DNA of 64,000 nt from Octopus sinensis. Lineage: Eukaryota. Numbering within the stretch: the first letter of the stretch is position 1; every line of letters starts with the position of its first letter. Position numbers and translations under genes: made by a program. The stretch is from positions 17,174,001 through 17,238,000 of the forward strand of contig NC_043020.1 in the NCBI RefSeq assembly GCF_006345805.1. Reading direction: 5' to 3'. Positions 13,385 through 25,780 of the stretch are shown one piece after another. The notes under the pieces are model-generated. The model saw nothing but the letters and a program-made list of their open reading frames with translations, ran no database searches and was not told the origin of the DNA.

Positions 13385-14060
13385 TACAGTTTCAGCTGTC
13401 AACATGTTATACACAGCAATTTCTCTCCATTTCTATTTTGTTGGTTCCAGTCAGAAGGCTGTTGCCATGCTGGACCACTGCTGCCGCTTGCTGCTTCATG
13501 CTCTTGCTTGATGAGGCTGGGGTCATCCCAGGTTAGTGGACCCAGAGACATCATCATGTGTAGAGCCAACCAGGTCCACCAGTGCCCTCCATTGCTGGCG
13601 GTTCTGTGCCAGTGCCTCTGCATCCTCCAAGAGGACGTTGAGTCTTTGGAGATCTTCCCCAATCACATTCAGCCATCTGATGTGGGGCCTGTCACAAGGT
13701 CTCTTCCAGCCCACAGCTGCTTTGTCAAATGAGAGTAAAGCCCTGGTAGGATAATCTAGCAAGAGATAGAGGACATGTCTAAACCAGTGCATGCGACAGA
13801 TATGAGGTGGACCACTAACTATCATTAAATGAGTTCTTGCACTGGGAATCAAGCCAATGCTACCAGGGTTACAACCAGAGTTTCTAACCTCAATTCTATC
13901 TTTACTAAAATTCATATGTACTTTAATAGTACCTAGAATTAGGTTTTTGCGAATTAGTAGAAATATTAAGAAATCTTTGGTAATATTAGTTGAACGTACT
14001 GTCAGAAGTTTAAAGGCTTTCAGAGCAGCCTGTATCTAATGGCTAGACATAACAGGTTGG
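13385..14060 (-). mobile_element. Degenerate RTE-clade LINE, ORF C-terminus and 3' end
   Basis: HWFRHVL...GWKRPCDRPHIRWLNVIGEDLQRLNV...AQNRQQWRALV, typical of RTE C-termini. Confidence 0.8.
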
Positions 14061-15360
14061 GAAACCAGAAACTTTAAATATAAGGACTATGAAAAATGTT
14101 TTTCTCACCTGTGAAGGCACATGGCCTAGTGGTTTAGAGTGTTACACACACAATCGTAAAATCATGGTTTTGATTCTTGGATTGGGCAGTGCATTGTGTT
14201 CTTGAGCAAAACATGTCATTTCATGTTGGTCGAGTCCACTCAGCTGTAACCCAGTGAGAATGTTGTGATCGTGGTCACTTACACATCTTGGGAACTGGGT
14301 GACTGGTCCTATGAATTTTAGGACTTGTAACAGTAACGTATAAGGGTTACCTCTTTTCTCACTGAGCAAAGGGGCAATTGCCAGACCAATTAGCTGTTTG
14401 TAGAAGGCTTTCTGAAAATTTAGATTCTTGATAAGCTTTCTGGTAAGCTTTCTGTTTTGAGAGATCCTCCCCGCAAATTTCAGGCATTGTGCCTATTAGT
14501 AGAAAAGATTATAGCTGGCAGAATTGTCAATACATTGGTGGAAATGCTTACTGGCATTTCCTCTGGTTCCTTACATTCTGAGCTCAAATCCCACCAAAGT
14601 CGACTTGACCTTGCATCCTTTTGGGGTTGATAAAATAAAGCACCACTCAAGTACAGTTGATTGATATAATCAACTAACTCTTTGCCCTTAGAATTGCTGG
14701 TCTTGTGCTTAAAATACAAACCATCATCATCATCATCATCATTATTATTAATAAGGTGGCGAGCTGGCAGAATTGTTAGCACGCCAGGCAAAATGCTTAA
14801 TGGCATTTTGTTCATTTTTATGTTCTGAGTTCAAATTCTGCTGAGGTTGACTACCTTTCATCTTTTGGGGTCAATAAAATAAAGTACCAGTTGAGTACTG
14901 GGGTCGATGCAATTGACTTATTCCCCTTGTGCTAAAATTTGAAATTATTATTATTATTATTGGTGTTGTAAACAGCTAATTAAATTTAATTTGCAGGTCG
15001 GGTTAGGGTTTTTTGTGGTAGAATTGGGAATATCAGCAAAAATATATATCTTGTATTTCGATGCATCTCCTTACATTCTGAGATCAATTCTCTGCTATTC
15101 GTCTTTGTAGGGCCAATAAAGTAAGTACCTACCAAGTAGTGAATTCCGTCAACTACAGTAATCACCAGTATTTAACATTTGGTAGTGTTTGGAGTTATTT
15201 CAATAATTTTGCAGGGGTGGGGTGAGGGAAATGGAGGCAAGCAATCTCTGCAAGAATCTTTTAATTCTATGTTTTAAATGTCTCCAGAAATGTTTCTCAA
15301 CAATTTTTGTGTATCGCATCACTGCAGTTCTTTCTTCAAATTCCATTGTTTTTGTTTTAG

Positions 15361-15402
15361 CTGGAGATATATTTCCAACGAATTAAAAATCCAAAACTCA
15401 GG
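15361..15402 (+). CDS. DOT1L: DOT1L coding exon (LEIYFQRIKNPKLR)
   Basis: ttgttttag acceptor, gtaagt donor, 42 nt, phase 0/0; matches human LENYFSSLKNPKLR including the L322/F326 ubiquitin-contact equivalents. Confidence 0.95.
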
Positions 15403-15968
15403 GTAAGTCATTAACATTTGACTTATTTAAAGAAATATTTTAATTTTTTTTTCTTATTTTTGCTTGTGTGACTTATGTTATAGTTTGAGAGATTACAATT
15501 TCAGCAGTTGCTGGTAGAATAAATATCACCCTCAATCCATTTTTCATTCCTGACCTTATTTACTTATAATGATTATTGTTGTTATTATTATTGTTGTTAT
15601 TATTATTATTTGTTATTATTATCATCGTCATCATCATGCTAATATTATCATCATTAAAATTAAAAGTTATTATTCTTATTAGAAGCACAGTAGGTTGAAT
15701 ATAATGTTACTCATAGCATTGTATTTTGTCTTAAGAAAGCTGGGCTATGTACATATAGTGAAAGGAAGTTTCATAGAGCTTAGAGATAACAGTTGAAAAG
15801 TTTTCTCTTGATCTTGCTTGAAGTTATATATTATCCCAAAATAAGAGAAAAATTTTTTAAAAATCCATAGATCTTGTGATAGTAGTTTCATTACGTATTG
15901 TTACTCTATTGCTATAATTTCCATTTCTGTGCATCCATAAATATCATGCCAATAATTGTCTTGATTTC

Positions 15969-16002
<34 letters not shown>

Positions 16003-17713
16003 ACAGACTGCTTACTTCTAAATTTTACCAATGCTGCTTTCTTTAAACATTGATACGATTTTCTATATGTCTAGTAGTAATTTGATATAGGTTAGAGGTA
16101 GCAAGTTGAAGTTGTAAACAAATAGGAGAGCAACAGGTTGGGAAGAATGCTTTATCATGTTATTAGTCAGCATTCTAAAGCTTTGAGTGGTAAGGAAAAA
16201 GTTGTTGATACTAACAGTTAATAACATAATGTCACTTTTTACAAGCTGAGCTTTGTTTTTCTGTTAAAGAAAAAAATCATAATCATAAAATAAGTATACA
16301 TAGGTGCAGGTGTGGCTGTGTGTTAAGAAGTTTGCTTCCCAATCACATGGTTCTGGGTTCAATCCAACTGTGTGATATCTTGGGCAAGTGTCTTCTACTA
16401 TAGCCTCAGGCCGACCAAAGACTTTTGAGTGGGTTTGGTTGACGGAAACTGAAAGAAGCTTCTCATATAAATGTTTGTGTGTGTATGCATGCATCAACAT
16501 ATGTGTCTTTGTGCTTGTCCCCCCCACCACTGAACGAAAACTGGTGTTGGTTTGTTTACGTCCCTTTGACTTAGTGGTTTGGCAAAAGAAACTGATAGAA
16601 TAAGTACCAGGCTTTCAAAAGTAAGTACTGGGTCAATTCATTCAACTAAAACCTTTCGAGGCAGTGCCCCAGCATGGCTACAGTTCAGAAATTGAAACAT
16701 GTAAAAGATGTATAGAAACATACAAACAGCCATGCAAATAATTTATATTTATATGCATAATTTACATATTTATGTATATTTTTACACCAATAAAGAAATA
16801 AATATAACTAGACCTGTATATTCTTCATATGTATATGAACATAAAGGTAAAATCAAAATTTTGTGCTATACCATACACAGTTGTGCTTCATCAAATACAA
16901 ACTGAAAAATAGTCACCATAACAATTTGTGGTCAGCCTGTTTGACAAAGACCTATTTCTTCTCAAAGAGCAGTGCCAAAGAACTCCTGAGACCACTGTGA
17001 AAACTGACTTGTGCTTCTTTTTACATCATACAAAGCTTGCATGAAACGTATTTGAAAAGACGGATATGACACATTCAACTTTTTGTGTAGACACGGCAAA
17101 GAAAGTCAGCTCTTTATGCTAAGCATGCATTTAGCAGCTAATTAATGATACACAGTTTTACACTTCATAGAAGATCTTATCAAGAGCTACACCACACAAC
17201 CATAACAGACCATACCAATTATGCATGTTAGCAAAATATGGAGTACCATTTGTTAAAGATCCTTTATTAAATAGAAATTCACAGTTCGTGTCTTCTTGCT
17301 AGTATCATATATATATATATATAATTATGGCAGGAAGCAGTATTGCACATTTGGGAAGACCATAATTTTCTTGAGCAGGTAGAACTACTCTGTCAAATGT
17401 AATACTTATATATATTCACATTGTCTTGAATTAATCATGCATTGTATTGGAGCTCTGAGATTTCAATGATGTGATTGTTGATTATTTACAATGGCATTGT
17501 TACGTCGGTATGAGAGGCCAGATCTGGCCAATCTAAGCATCAAACAAGTAGAAAATTTTGGGCTGAGTATGGTCGGTTTAAATGCTAAAGGGTTAAGAAA
17601 AACTTGTTTTTGTGATGCAAATGCATAGGGATATTATCTGGTATATTTTTGTGTGCTTTTTTACTTGATATATATATAAATGAAATAAATGAAAAACAGG
17701 ACACAAAGGATGT

Positions 17714-17807
17714 TGCGGTACATATGTTTCGAGCTTTATAGAACAACTTATTCTTACATCAATGCATAATCGACATAACAGATAGTTTAAAACCTTCTTC
17801 AGCTGCA
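17714..17807 (-). ncRNA. Putative type I hammerhead ribozyme, canonical core, long stem II loop
   Basis: Minus strand: TGCAG-CTGAAGA-AGGTTTTA...TAAAGCTC-GAAAC-ATAT-GTA-CCGCA. Confidence 0.55.
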
Positions 17808-17934
17808 TGCAATTTCTACACCAAAGACTTGTATCACATTATGAAAGGTTTGAGAAAAAACATTTTGGTATTGTTTATAATGGTAGGTAAACCGACATAT
17901 ACAGGCGCTTACATTTATCAAGTATTCACCCTGA

Positions 17935-17971
<37 letters not shown>

Positions 17972-18029
17972 GTGTGTATATGTAACACACACTTATAGAT
18001 AGATGTAAACACATATACATCCTCATCTA

Positions 18030-18360
18030 TGGTCATGAATGTTGGGTAATGACCGAAAGAATACAATATGGGTGTGATGCTGGTAGACAGGCTGCAAAGC
18101 TAAGAGATGAAGGATTCTCTTCAGGTCAAGCCACTACTTCTCTACATTGAGGGTTCACAGCTCTGGTATTACAGACATGCAATTAGAGTGTCACAGGAAA
18201 AAATCTCAAGATAGATTCCTCAAGCTGAACCAACCAGCAGTAGACCAAGAATAAGAGGTCTGGATAATATACATAGTTTTGGTTGGCCACATTTAAAAAT
18301 CTGGTCCCAAAGTCTAATGACAACTGCTTCTGTTAGGACCCTATGGAAGAAGAGCCTGAG
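18030..18360 (+). mobile_element. Degenerate RTE-like LINE C-terminal fragment
   Basis: Frameshifted YGHECWVMTER...LQVKPLLLYIEGSQLWYYRH...; related fragment on the minus strand at about 42780-43170. Confidence 0.6.
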
Positions 18361-18540
18361 GACTGTAACCTCATATATATGTATATATATATATCAGTCT
18401 GTACATGATATTGTATGTATCTATTTATCTATGTATACGTTATGGAAGATGATGTCTTTAAAAAGCTAGGTTGGATATTTCTGAGAAGTGAAGTCGTGTT
18501 TAGTCTGTATTGAGGATATTCACTTGGACAGCCGATTTAA

Positions 18541-18666
18541 CCTTTAGCATGCTTAGGCACATCATATCTCTGTATGAGTTTTCTCTCCTGTAGCTGCTGG
18601 TGCATTGTCACAGAGAGGGGGAGAAAACTTATATGGTGACAGGATGTGCCTACAGCATGCTAAAGG
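18541..18666. mobile_element. Short fold-back MITE with piggyBac-like ends
   Basis: TTAA|CCTTTAGCATGCT-TAGGCACATC ... GATGTGCCTA-CAGCATGCTAAAGG|TAA; inner GAGTTTTCTC/GAGAAAACT also pair. Confidence 0.7.
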
Positions 18667-18671
18667 TAATA

Positions 18672-18869
18672 CAGTGGTTCTCAACCATTTTTTGCTTATG
18701 GGGTCCCTTTGATTCTTATTTTACTCAGGTGGACACTCATAGCTATTCAGTGTTTAAAAAACCCTATTTTTATAATTAAATATTATTAGGAATTGTAGAA
18801 GTGTAACCAATTTAATACCAATAAATTTTGTGAACAAAATCTTATAGGGACCCCATTTGAGAACCACTG
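18672..18869. mobile_element. hAT-type MITE
   Basis: TIRs CAGTGGTTCTCAA/TTGAGAACCACTG; imperfect 8 bp TSD (aggtaata/ggttaata). Confidence 0.75.
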
Positions 18870-19540
18870 GGTTAATAGAATATGTGTATATACATTTTAT
18901 TTATATATACATACAAACACACACATACCACTGTTCAATACCCCACATGGCAAAACTTATACATTCTACCATTTACGTTTTGTATTCCACTTTTGTCCAT
19001 TTTTTAAAGTTTTTTTTACACCTGTTTTTCTTATGCTTTATGTTTGATTACCTCTATGTGTATATATATATAAATCGTTTTCAGGCATATATTGGTATAT
19101 TTCTATAAATTTATATATGTAGGTGCATTTCTTAAATACAAGTACACAATTGTTTGTGTGTGTGTATCTATAGATGTGCATATATTTTTGTATATATATT
19201 GTAAAGGCATATGATTTAGTGGTTAAGGTATTCGGCTCAAAGTCATAAGGTTGTTAGTTTAGTTTCTGGCAACACATTGTGTCTTTAAGCAAGACACTTT
19301 ACTTCATGTTGCTCCAGTCCACTCAGCTGCCAAAAATGAGTTATAATTCAAAAGGGTCAGCCATGTCGCATTTTTTGTCAAGCTAAATCTCCTTTAGAAC
19401 TATGTTAAGGGATATGCATGTCTGAGGAGTACTCAGCCATGCTCAGCCACTTGCATGTTAATTTCATGAGCAGGCTGTTCCATTGATCGTATCAACTAGA
19501 ACATTCATTATAGTAACTGACAGAGTACCAGGAAAAGGTG

Positions 19541-19594
<54 letters not shown>

Positions 19595-20434
19595 ATACAC
19601 ACATACATACATACACACACACATGCATATACACATATGTGTCTGTGTGTATATATATATATATATATGTATGTATATATATATATATATATACACACAC
19701 ACATACATACACACACATGCATATACACATATATACATGTATACATAGACACACATGAATATATACGTATTATGGTGGGGGGTGTACATACATATACACA
19801 TACTAAGTGACATTATGTTATCACAAATGAGTATCAATGGCATTTACCTTAACAGTAACTGCAATAGAACCTTTACTACCAGTGTGACTAATTACATGAG
19901 AAAGGCTTTACTGAACCGTGTGCCCTCCTATAGCCATCCTGTATTGAAATCACAACTGCTTTTCCTTCTATGGGTCTTCCTTCAACTGTTTACCTCCAAT
20001 CTGTACCAAGTTGTCATTAAAAGAAGGAAACACTGTTCACAGAAGCTAGACTTGGCGTAACTTTGATGTAAGCATGTAAGCACCAGACAATGAATATTTT
20101 GATTGCGTATTCAGGTTTGATTCTTACCTTTAGCATATTTTAGACTCTTTTCATTGTACAAACCTGTAGAACAAAGAATTATATGCACACACACACACAC
20201 ACACACATGGATGCATAAATATATATGTACATTATATAGATACATATATGTGTGTGTAAAATATATTAGATGTCTATATACATATGTAATATTAATATGA
20301 TGGTGGCATACATCAACAATATGCATATACATTGGGTAGAGGTGCAGGCATCTCTGTGTGGTTAAGAAGCTTGTTTCCTGACTACATGGTTTTGGGTTCA
20401 GTCCCAGTGTATGACACCTTGGGTAAGTGTCTTC

Positions 20435-20473
<39 letters not shown>

Positions 20474-20709
20474 CCTGGGCTAATTAAAGACTTAGGAGTG
20501 GATTCCTTAGATAGAAAGAAACTCATTGTCTATGTGTATGTGTCTTTGTGTCTCCTTGTTTTGACATCATGTGATAGTTTTGAGTGTCATCAATCATGCA
20601 AGTAGTGTCATTTGCTCCAGAATTCAATGTAAACATGTCCAGTCATTGGGAAATATTAGCTTGCTAAAAGACAAGTGAGGGTTAGCATAGGAAGAGGTAT
20701 CTGGATGTA

Positions 20710-21085
20710 TTGGGTTGTCTGGAAAGTTTGTGCCGATTTTTAAAGGAAAGAAAAAGGTCAATAAATACTTGCCATTACATCTTAATCAACCAAATATGAA
20801 CCATTTTGTTGCACAATGCCTCTCCATCTTTCCTTTAACTTGAAAATACCCTCTTCCCAGAATTGAGGTGGTTTCATGGCAAAGAATTCATCAAGGTATC
20901 TTTTTACGTCATCCAAGGAATTAAAATTTTTACGATTAAGACTATTCTGCAAAGACCTGAATAAGTGGAAATCCGAAGGAGCAATATCTGGTGAATATGG
21001 AGGGTGGGGTAACACATCCCAGCTGAGCTGCAGCAATTTTTGTCTGGTTCCTTGTATTAGCCATGCTTGGGCATCGCCTTGAAGG
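20710..21085 (-). mobile_element. mariner transposon 3' fragment with TIR
   Basis: WDVLPHPPYSPDIAPSDFHLFRSLQN...RW..IVQQNGSYLVD* (YSPDLAP motif); TA|TTGGGTTGTCTGGAAAG terminus. Confidence 0.92.
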
Positions 21086-21257
21086 GTCTAGTTAAAGAAA
21101 TTGACCCCAGCATTTAGGTTTTTAGTTGCCTACTTATTCTATTGGTCTCTTGCTGAAAAGCTAGGTTATTGAGACAGATAAATGAAAACTGGTTTTCAAG
21201 TGGTGTTAGGGAACAAACACAGAGATACACACACACACACAACCATTGTATGCATAT

Positions 21258-21324
<67 letters not shown>

Positions 21325-22557
21325 TATATATATACATATATATACACACGCACAAACATTTTGAGTTTCACTTACAAGGTATTGGTTACTTGCCCAAGGT
21401 GTCACATGGTGGGATTGAACCAGAAACCATGTAGTTGCAAAGCAAGTGTCTTAATTACAGAGCTATGTCTGTTTATATATGTGTGTGTGAGTGTATATAC
21501 ATGATGTATATATGTATACGTGCGTGTGTGTATATATACACACATACATATATATATGTCTTGTCATCTGTTGTAATTACTACCTCCCCCTTTGCAATCT
21601 CCTTGGCATCACACTACTTCCCCAACTCTTGACCCAATTTTTACAGATGCTGGCTGCTTCCTCATCCCCATATCTCTTCCCCCATATGATCTTGCAAACT
21701 CCCAGGCCAGTGAGACATCTCGTCTCTAATATCTATCTCTTTGAAGGCCCCATAGATCCTATTGATTCCTCTCCTGTTAAATGTGAATAGCCATGCAGCT
21801 CTTGTAGAACAATCCTCTCTGCTTTTTCGCTTTTTCGCATACTTCAACCCCTCGCCCCCTAACAAAAAGCTGATCCCCCCCTCATCCCCACTCAGGGTTT
21901 GTAAGCCTTGCAAGCTGCATGGCAATCTTGATAGTGGTAGCGACATGAAAAAGGCACCCAGTACACACTGTAAAGCTGTTGGCATTTGGCGGAGCATCCA
22001 GACCTAGAAGCCATGTCACAGTAGACATTGGAGTCATGTTATAGTCCTTGGATCCATCAGAAGATGGTAGAATGTCCCAAGCTATATGCCAGTGTGGAAT
22101 TTGCGAGTTAAGCGAGGATGATGATGATGATGATGTTAATATATGTATATGTAGTTAGATGTCTATGTATGTATATATAAATATATATGTAGATATATGT
22201 ATATATGTGTACATATAAATATATGTATGTATATATAGACATGTAAATATAAATATATATATGTATACATGTGTATATACATGTATCTTTGTGTATGTAT
22301 GTACATATGTAAAAATGTGCTAATACATGTGTGTGTATGTTTACATATGTGTGTGTGTGTATATATGTCTATATATATATGTTATGTGTGTATGTCTATT
22401 TTTGTATGTATGTGTGTACGTATATATGTATGTTAATGTAATTCTGTATGTGTTTGTATGCTTATGTAATTCTGTGTGTATATATGTATGTACCTATGTA
22501 TGTGTATATATATATATATATATTGTGTGTGTGTATATATATATATATGTGTATATA

Positions 22558-22620
<63 letters not shown>

Positions 22621-22899
22621 AAATGGCGGTGCCCCAGCATGGCCACAGCCCATAAGCTGAAACTGGAATCAATCAATCAATCATACATAAATATATATAT
22701 ATGTATGTTTCAGTATGCATGTATGTGTATACATGTGTGTGTGTGTCTTTAACACTTGATATATGCGTGAAGCTGTGTGTTGTATCATTCTTGATCCATG
22801 ATTCAGCACCAGATGAATGTTTTAGTCTATGTGATGATGGCTGGATTTAGAAAAGTGAGACGTGAAAGAGGCTGCGAGCTGGTCTGAAGATACTGATCC

Positions 22900-24000
22900 A
22901 GAAATGGGCAATAATGCAAAAGCCTCGAGAAAATTAATAATAATATGCCATCCCCAATAAATCTGGTTCTAAATCAATTACTGTGTGTAAATGTCTAAAG
23001 TTTAAGCAGTAATGTTCATCTTGTTGACCCATTCATTAGAAGTATTGACCATGATTTCATTACAGTAACATGAGCAAATTCACCTAATGATTTATCCGGT
23101 CAGTCTGTATTCTCACAATTTGGATTTATTCCTAATTCCTGCTGTTGTGACCAACTCACTGAATTTCTTGAAGATATCTCATGAGTCACATTAGTGACTC
23201 CACAACTTCCCCCAATGCTTCTATTTCTGTATCACAAAAATGACTTAGGGCAAAGCTCTCTGCAATGAGCATGAAATCTAATCTTTATAAATGGTTGAAG
23301 TCCTTCATTCATGATAGAGAAGAGGTAGTTATGGTACTAGGACAGCATTCTGCACCTTATATGATGACATCTGGTGTCCTACAGGGATCTGTTCTTGGTC
23401 CTGTGTTATATGCTACATACATTAGTGAACTAATGCCAACTTGAAGTATGTTACTGCATTAAAATACACAAACAACATTAAGCAGTACCATGTGGTAAAA
23501 AGAACGGATCTTATATGCTACAGATCTTTATTGGACACAATGCAGTAATGGATTGTTGACTGATGGCTCTGACTGGCTATAAACAACTTCACCCCTATAT
23601 GTTTTTGGAGGAAAAACCTGGAATTTACCTAGTCCCCTCACAACACAGAGCTTAAGAATATTAATATACTGGTAGCTGTCCTGAGACACACAATAGTCAT
23701 TATGTCATGAGCATATTGCTTCTTTGGGTATCAACATACTAATGTTTTGATGTCTCACAGCTGACTTGGTGGAAACCCACAAGATTATTCCCTATCTCGC
23801 CAATAACAATTTTAGCTACTAATTTGAATTCAATACCTCTACCTCTCATGAACATTTTTATAAAAGCAAAAAAAAAAAAGAAAAAAAATGAATAAACAGC
23901 ACCCGTGACTTCTAGAATCATGTTAGAACTGTCAAACCATGGAACAAACTACCAATGTCAGTTAGCGGCATCTTAGAATTTAGCAATACTACTCCAGATG
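22900..24000 (+). mobile_element. Highly degenerate CR1/L2-type LINE RT fragment
   Basis: KWLKSFIHDRE and GVLQGSVLGPVLYATYISEL RT motifs at about 23290-23430; many stops; boundaries approximate. Confidence 0.7.
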
Positions 24001-24269
24001 TGCCTATGCACCCTTTCCTTATGATTCTCTTAATGTTCACTTTTCCAGCTTTTGTGTTTTATTGTGTACTGTGCAAGTACTTCTAGCATTCATTGCTGTC
24101 TATGCTTTGTCATCCTCTTTTAACCCTTTATGGCAAGTTGTAGGTGCAACTGAGTACTGTATGCAAGAAACTCATTATTGTGTGTATTTATATGTATGTG
24201 TGTTATATGTTTGTATTTAAGTGTTAGATTATGTGTGTTTGTATGTGTGTATGTATATATATATATATA

Positions 24270-24557
24270 TATTACGGAGATGTACTTGCATAGCAAGTGA
24301 CCTGATCTGAGATTGTGTGCTGGAACGAAAACAATTGCAGCGTGGAAGGTGTTTATAAGCCATTTAAGAAACACACAAAAACCGTTAGATTCACTTCAAC
24401 ATTTAAATTTAATTTGTCAAAATATTTTCGTTGCAACAGGTCATGGTCTCAAAGCGACGAAAATATTTTGACAAATTAAATTTAAATGTTGAAGTGAATC
24501 TAACGGTTTTTGTGTCTTTCTTAAATGGCTTATAAACACCTTCCACTCTGCAATTGT
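24270..24557. repeat. Fold-back element (104 bp arms 24331-24434 and 24454-24557, 19 nt loop), Penelope-type
   Basis: Arms are near-perfect reverse complements; same family as 53011-53705. Confidence 0.88.
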
Positions 24558-25187
24558 ATATATATACATATATATATATAAAGATCGATGAGTGTATGTG
24601 TGTGTGTTTGTGTGTTGAAGAATATTGGAAATGACTGACACTGCTTGTATGACAGTGACATGAGGTCAAGACAAGCATACCCTCTCTCTCACACGCACAC
24701 ACACATACGCATGCGCGCGCGCAACACGTTTCTTTCAATTTTGCTCTATGGAAGACACTTGCTTAAGATGCCATGCAGTGGGACTGATCCTAGAACCATG
24801 TGGTTGGGAAGCAAACTGCTGAGTTTCACAGGCATATCTGCACCTAAAGTATGTGTGTTTGTGTGTGTGTGTATGTATACATTTATTTGTATATGTAGAT
24901 GTATTTCAATGTATTTGTCTGTATTTGTTTGCATATATGTATGTATGTGAGTATGTATCATCATTTAATGTCCATCTTCCATGCTGGCACAGATGAACGG
25001 TTTGATAGGACCTGATGAACTGGAGGCCTCTGTATGTTTATGATAGATAGATAGATAAATAGATAGACAGATAAATAAATAGATAGATAGACAGACAGAT
25101 CTGTGAAAATTAATGACATTTTTGCAAATAATACTGAAATAATTTTAGTGATAATAACAATAATAATCTGTTCTTTGTTTGATTTAT

Positions 25188-25286
25188 GGGGTGAGCGCGA
25201 ACACAGACCCCACACTTAGAAATAGTGCACCCAAGTTGCCCACATTTGGGGCGATCGCAAAGGTCAACCCAACCGGAGTGCAATGG
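25188..25286 (-). pseudogene. RNU1 (pseudogene): 5'-truncated U1 snRNA retrocopy
   Basis: Minus strand CCATTGCACTCCGG...TGCGAT..CCCCAAATGTGGG..ACT...GGGG.CTG.GTTCGCGCT.ACCCC matches the 3' 60% of U1; lacks the 5' end, Sm site is altered, A-rich tail follows. Confidence 0.85.
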
Positions 25287-25780
25287 TAATATTAAGGGTA
25301 TTAACCCAAACATAAGTGAATTACCTCTGAATAAATAACATACACCATACAGTGAAATATAGCAAAATTGCTACAATTGATTGTTATATAAATGAACATT
25401 TTATAAACCACGATTCAACTGTAATACCAGTAGAGGTGATTATAAGATCAGAATTCAATTTGTTTAAAAAGTAACACTGGAGGCTTGTTTGAATTAGTTC
25501 ACTTTAAACACATTGTAAGTGATGGACCCTTGATGAAATTGCAGTGACTAGGATGCATAATTGCATATGGAGGAATGTGCAGTTGCTGCAATTGAAACAT
25601 GTTGGTCATTGTTATATATGCTGAAGAAACTTTTTTAACAAAATGTTTAGGATATGACTAAATCTCCACTCACCTCTCCATTTTCAATTTTATATATATT
25701 TATATGTCTATATGTGTCTTATATATATAATGTATAATGTCTATATATATATACATATATAATTATATTTATATATCCAT

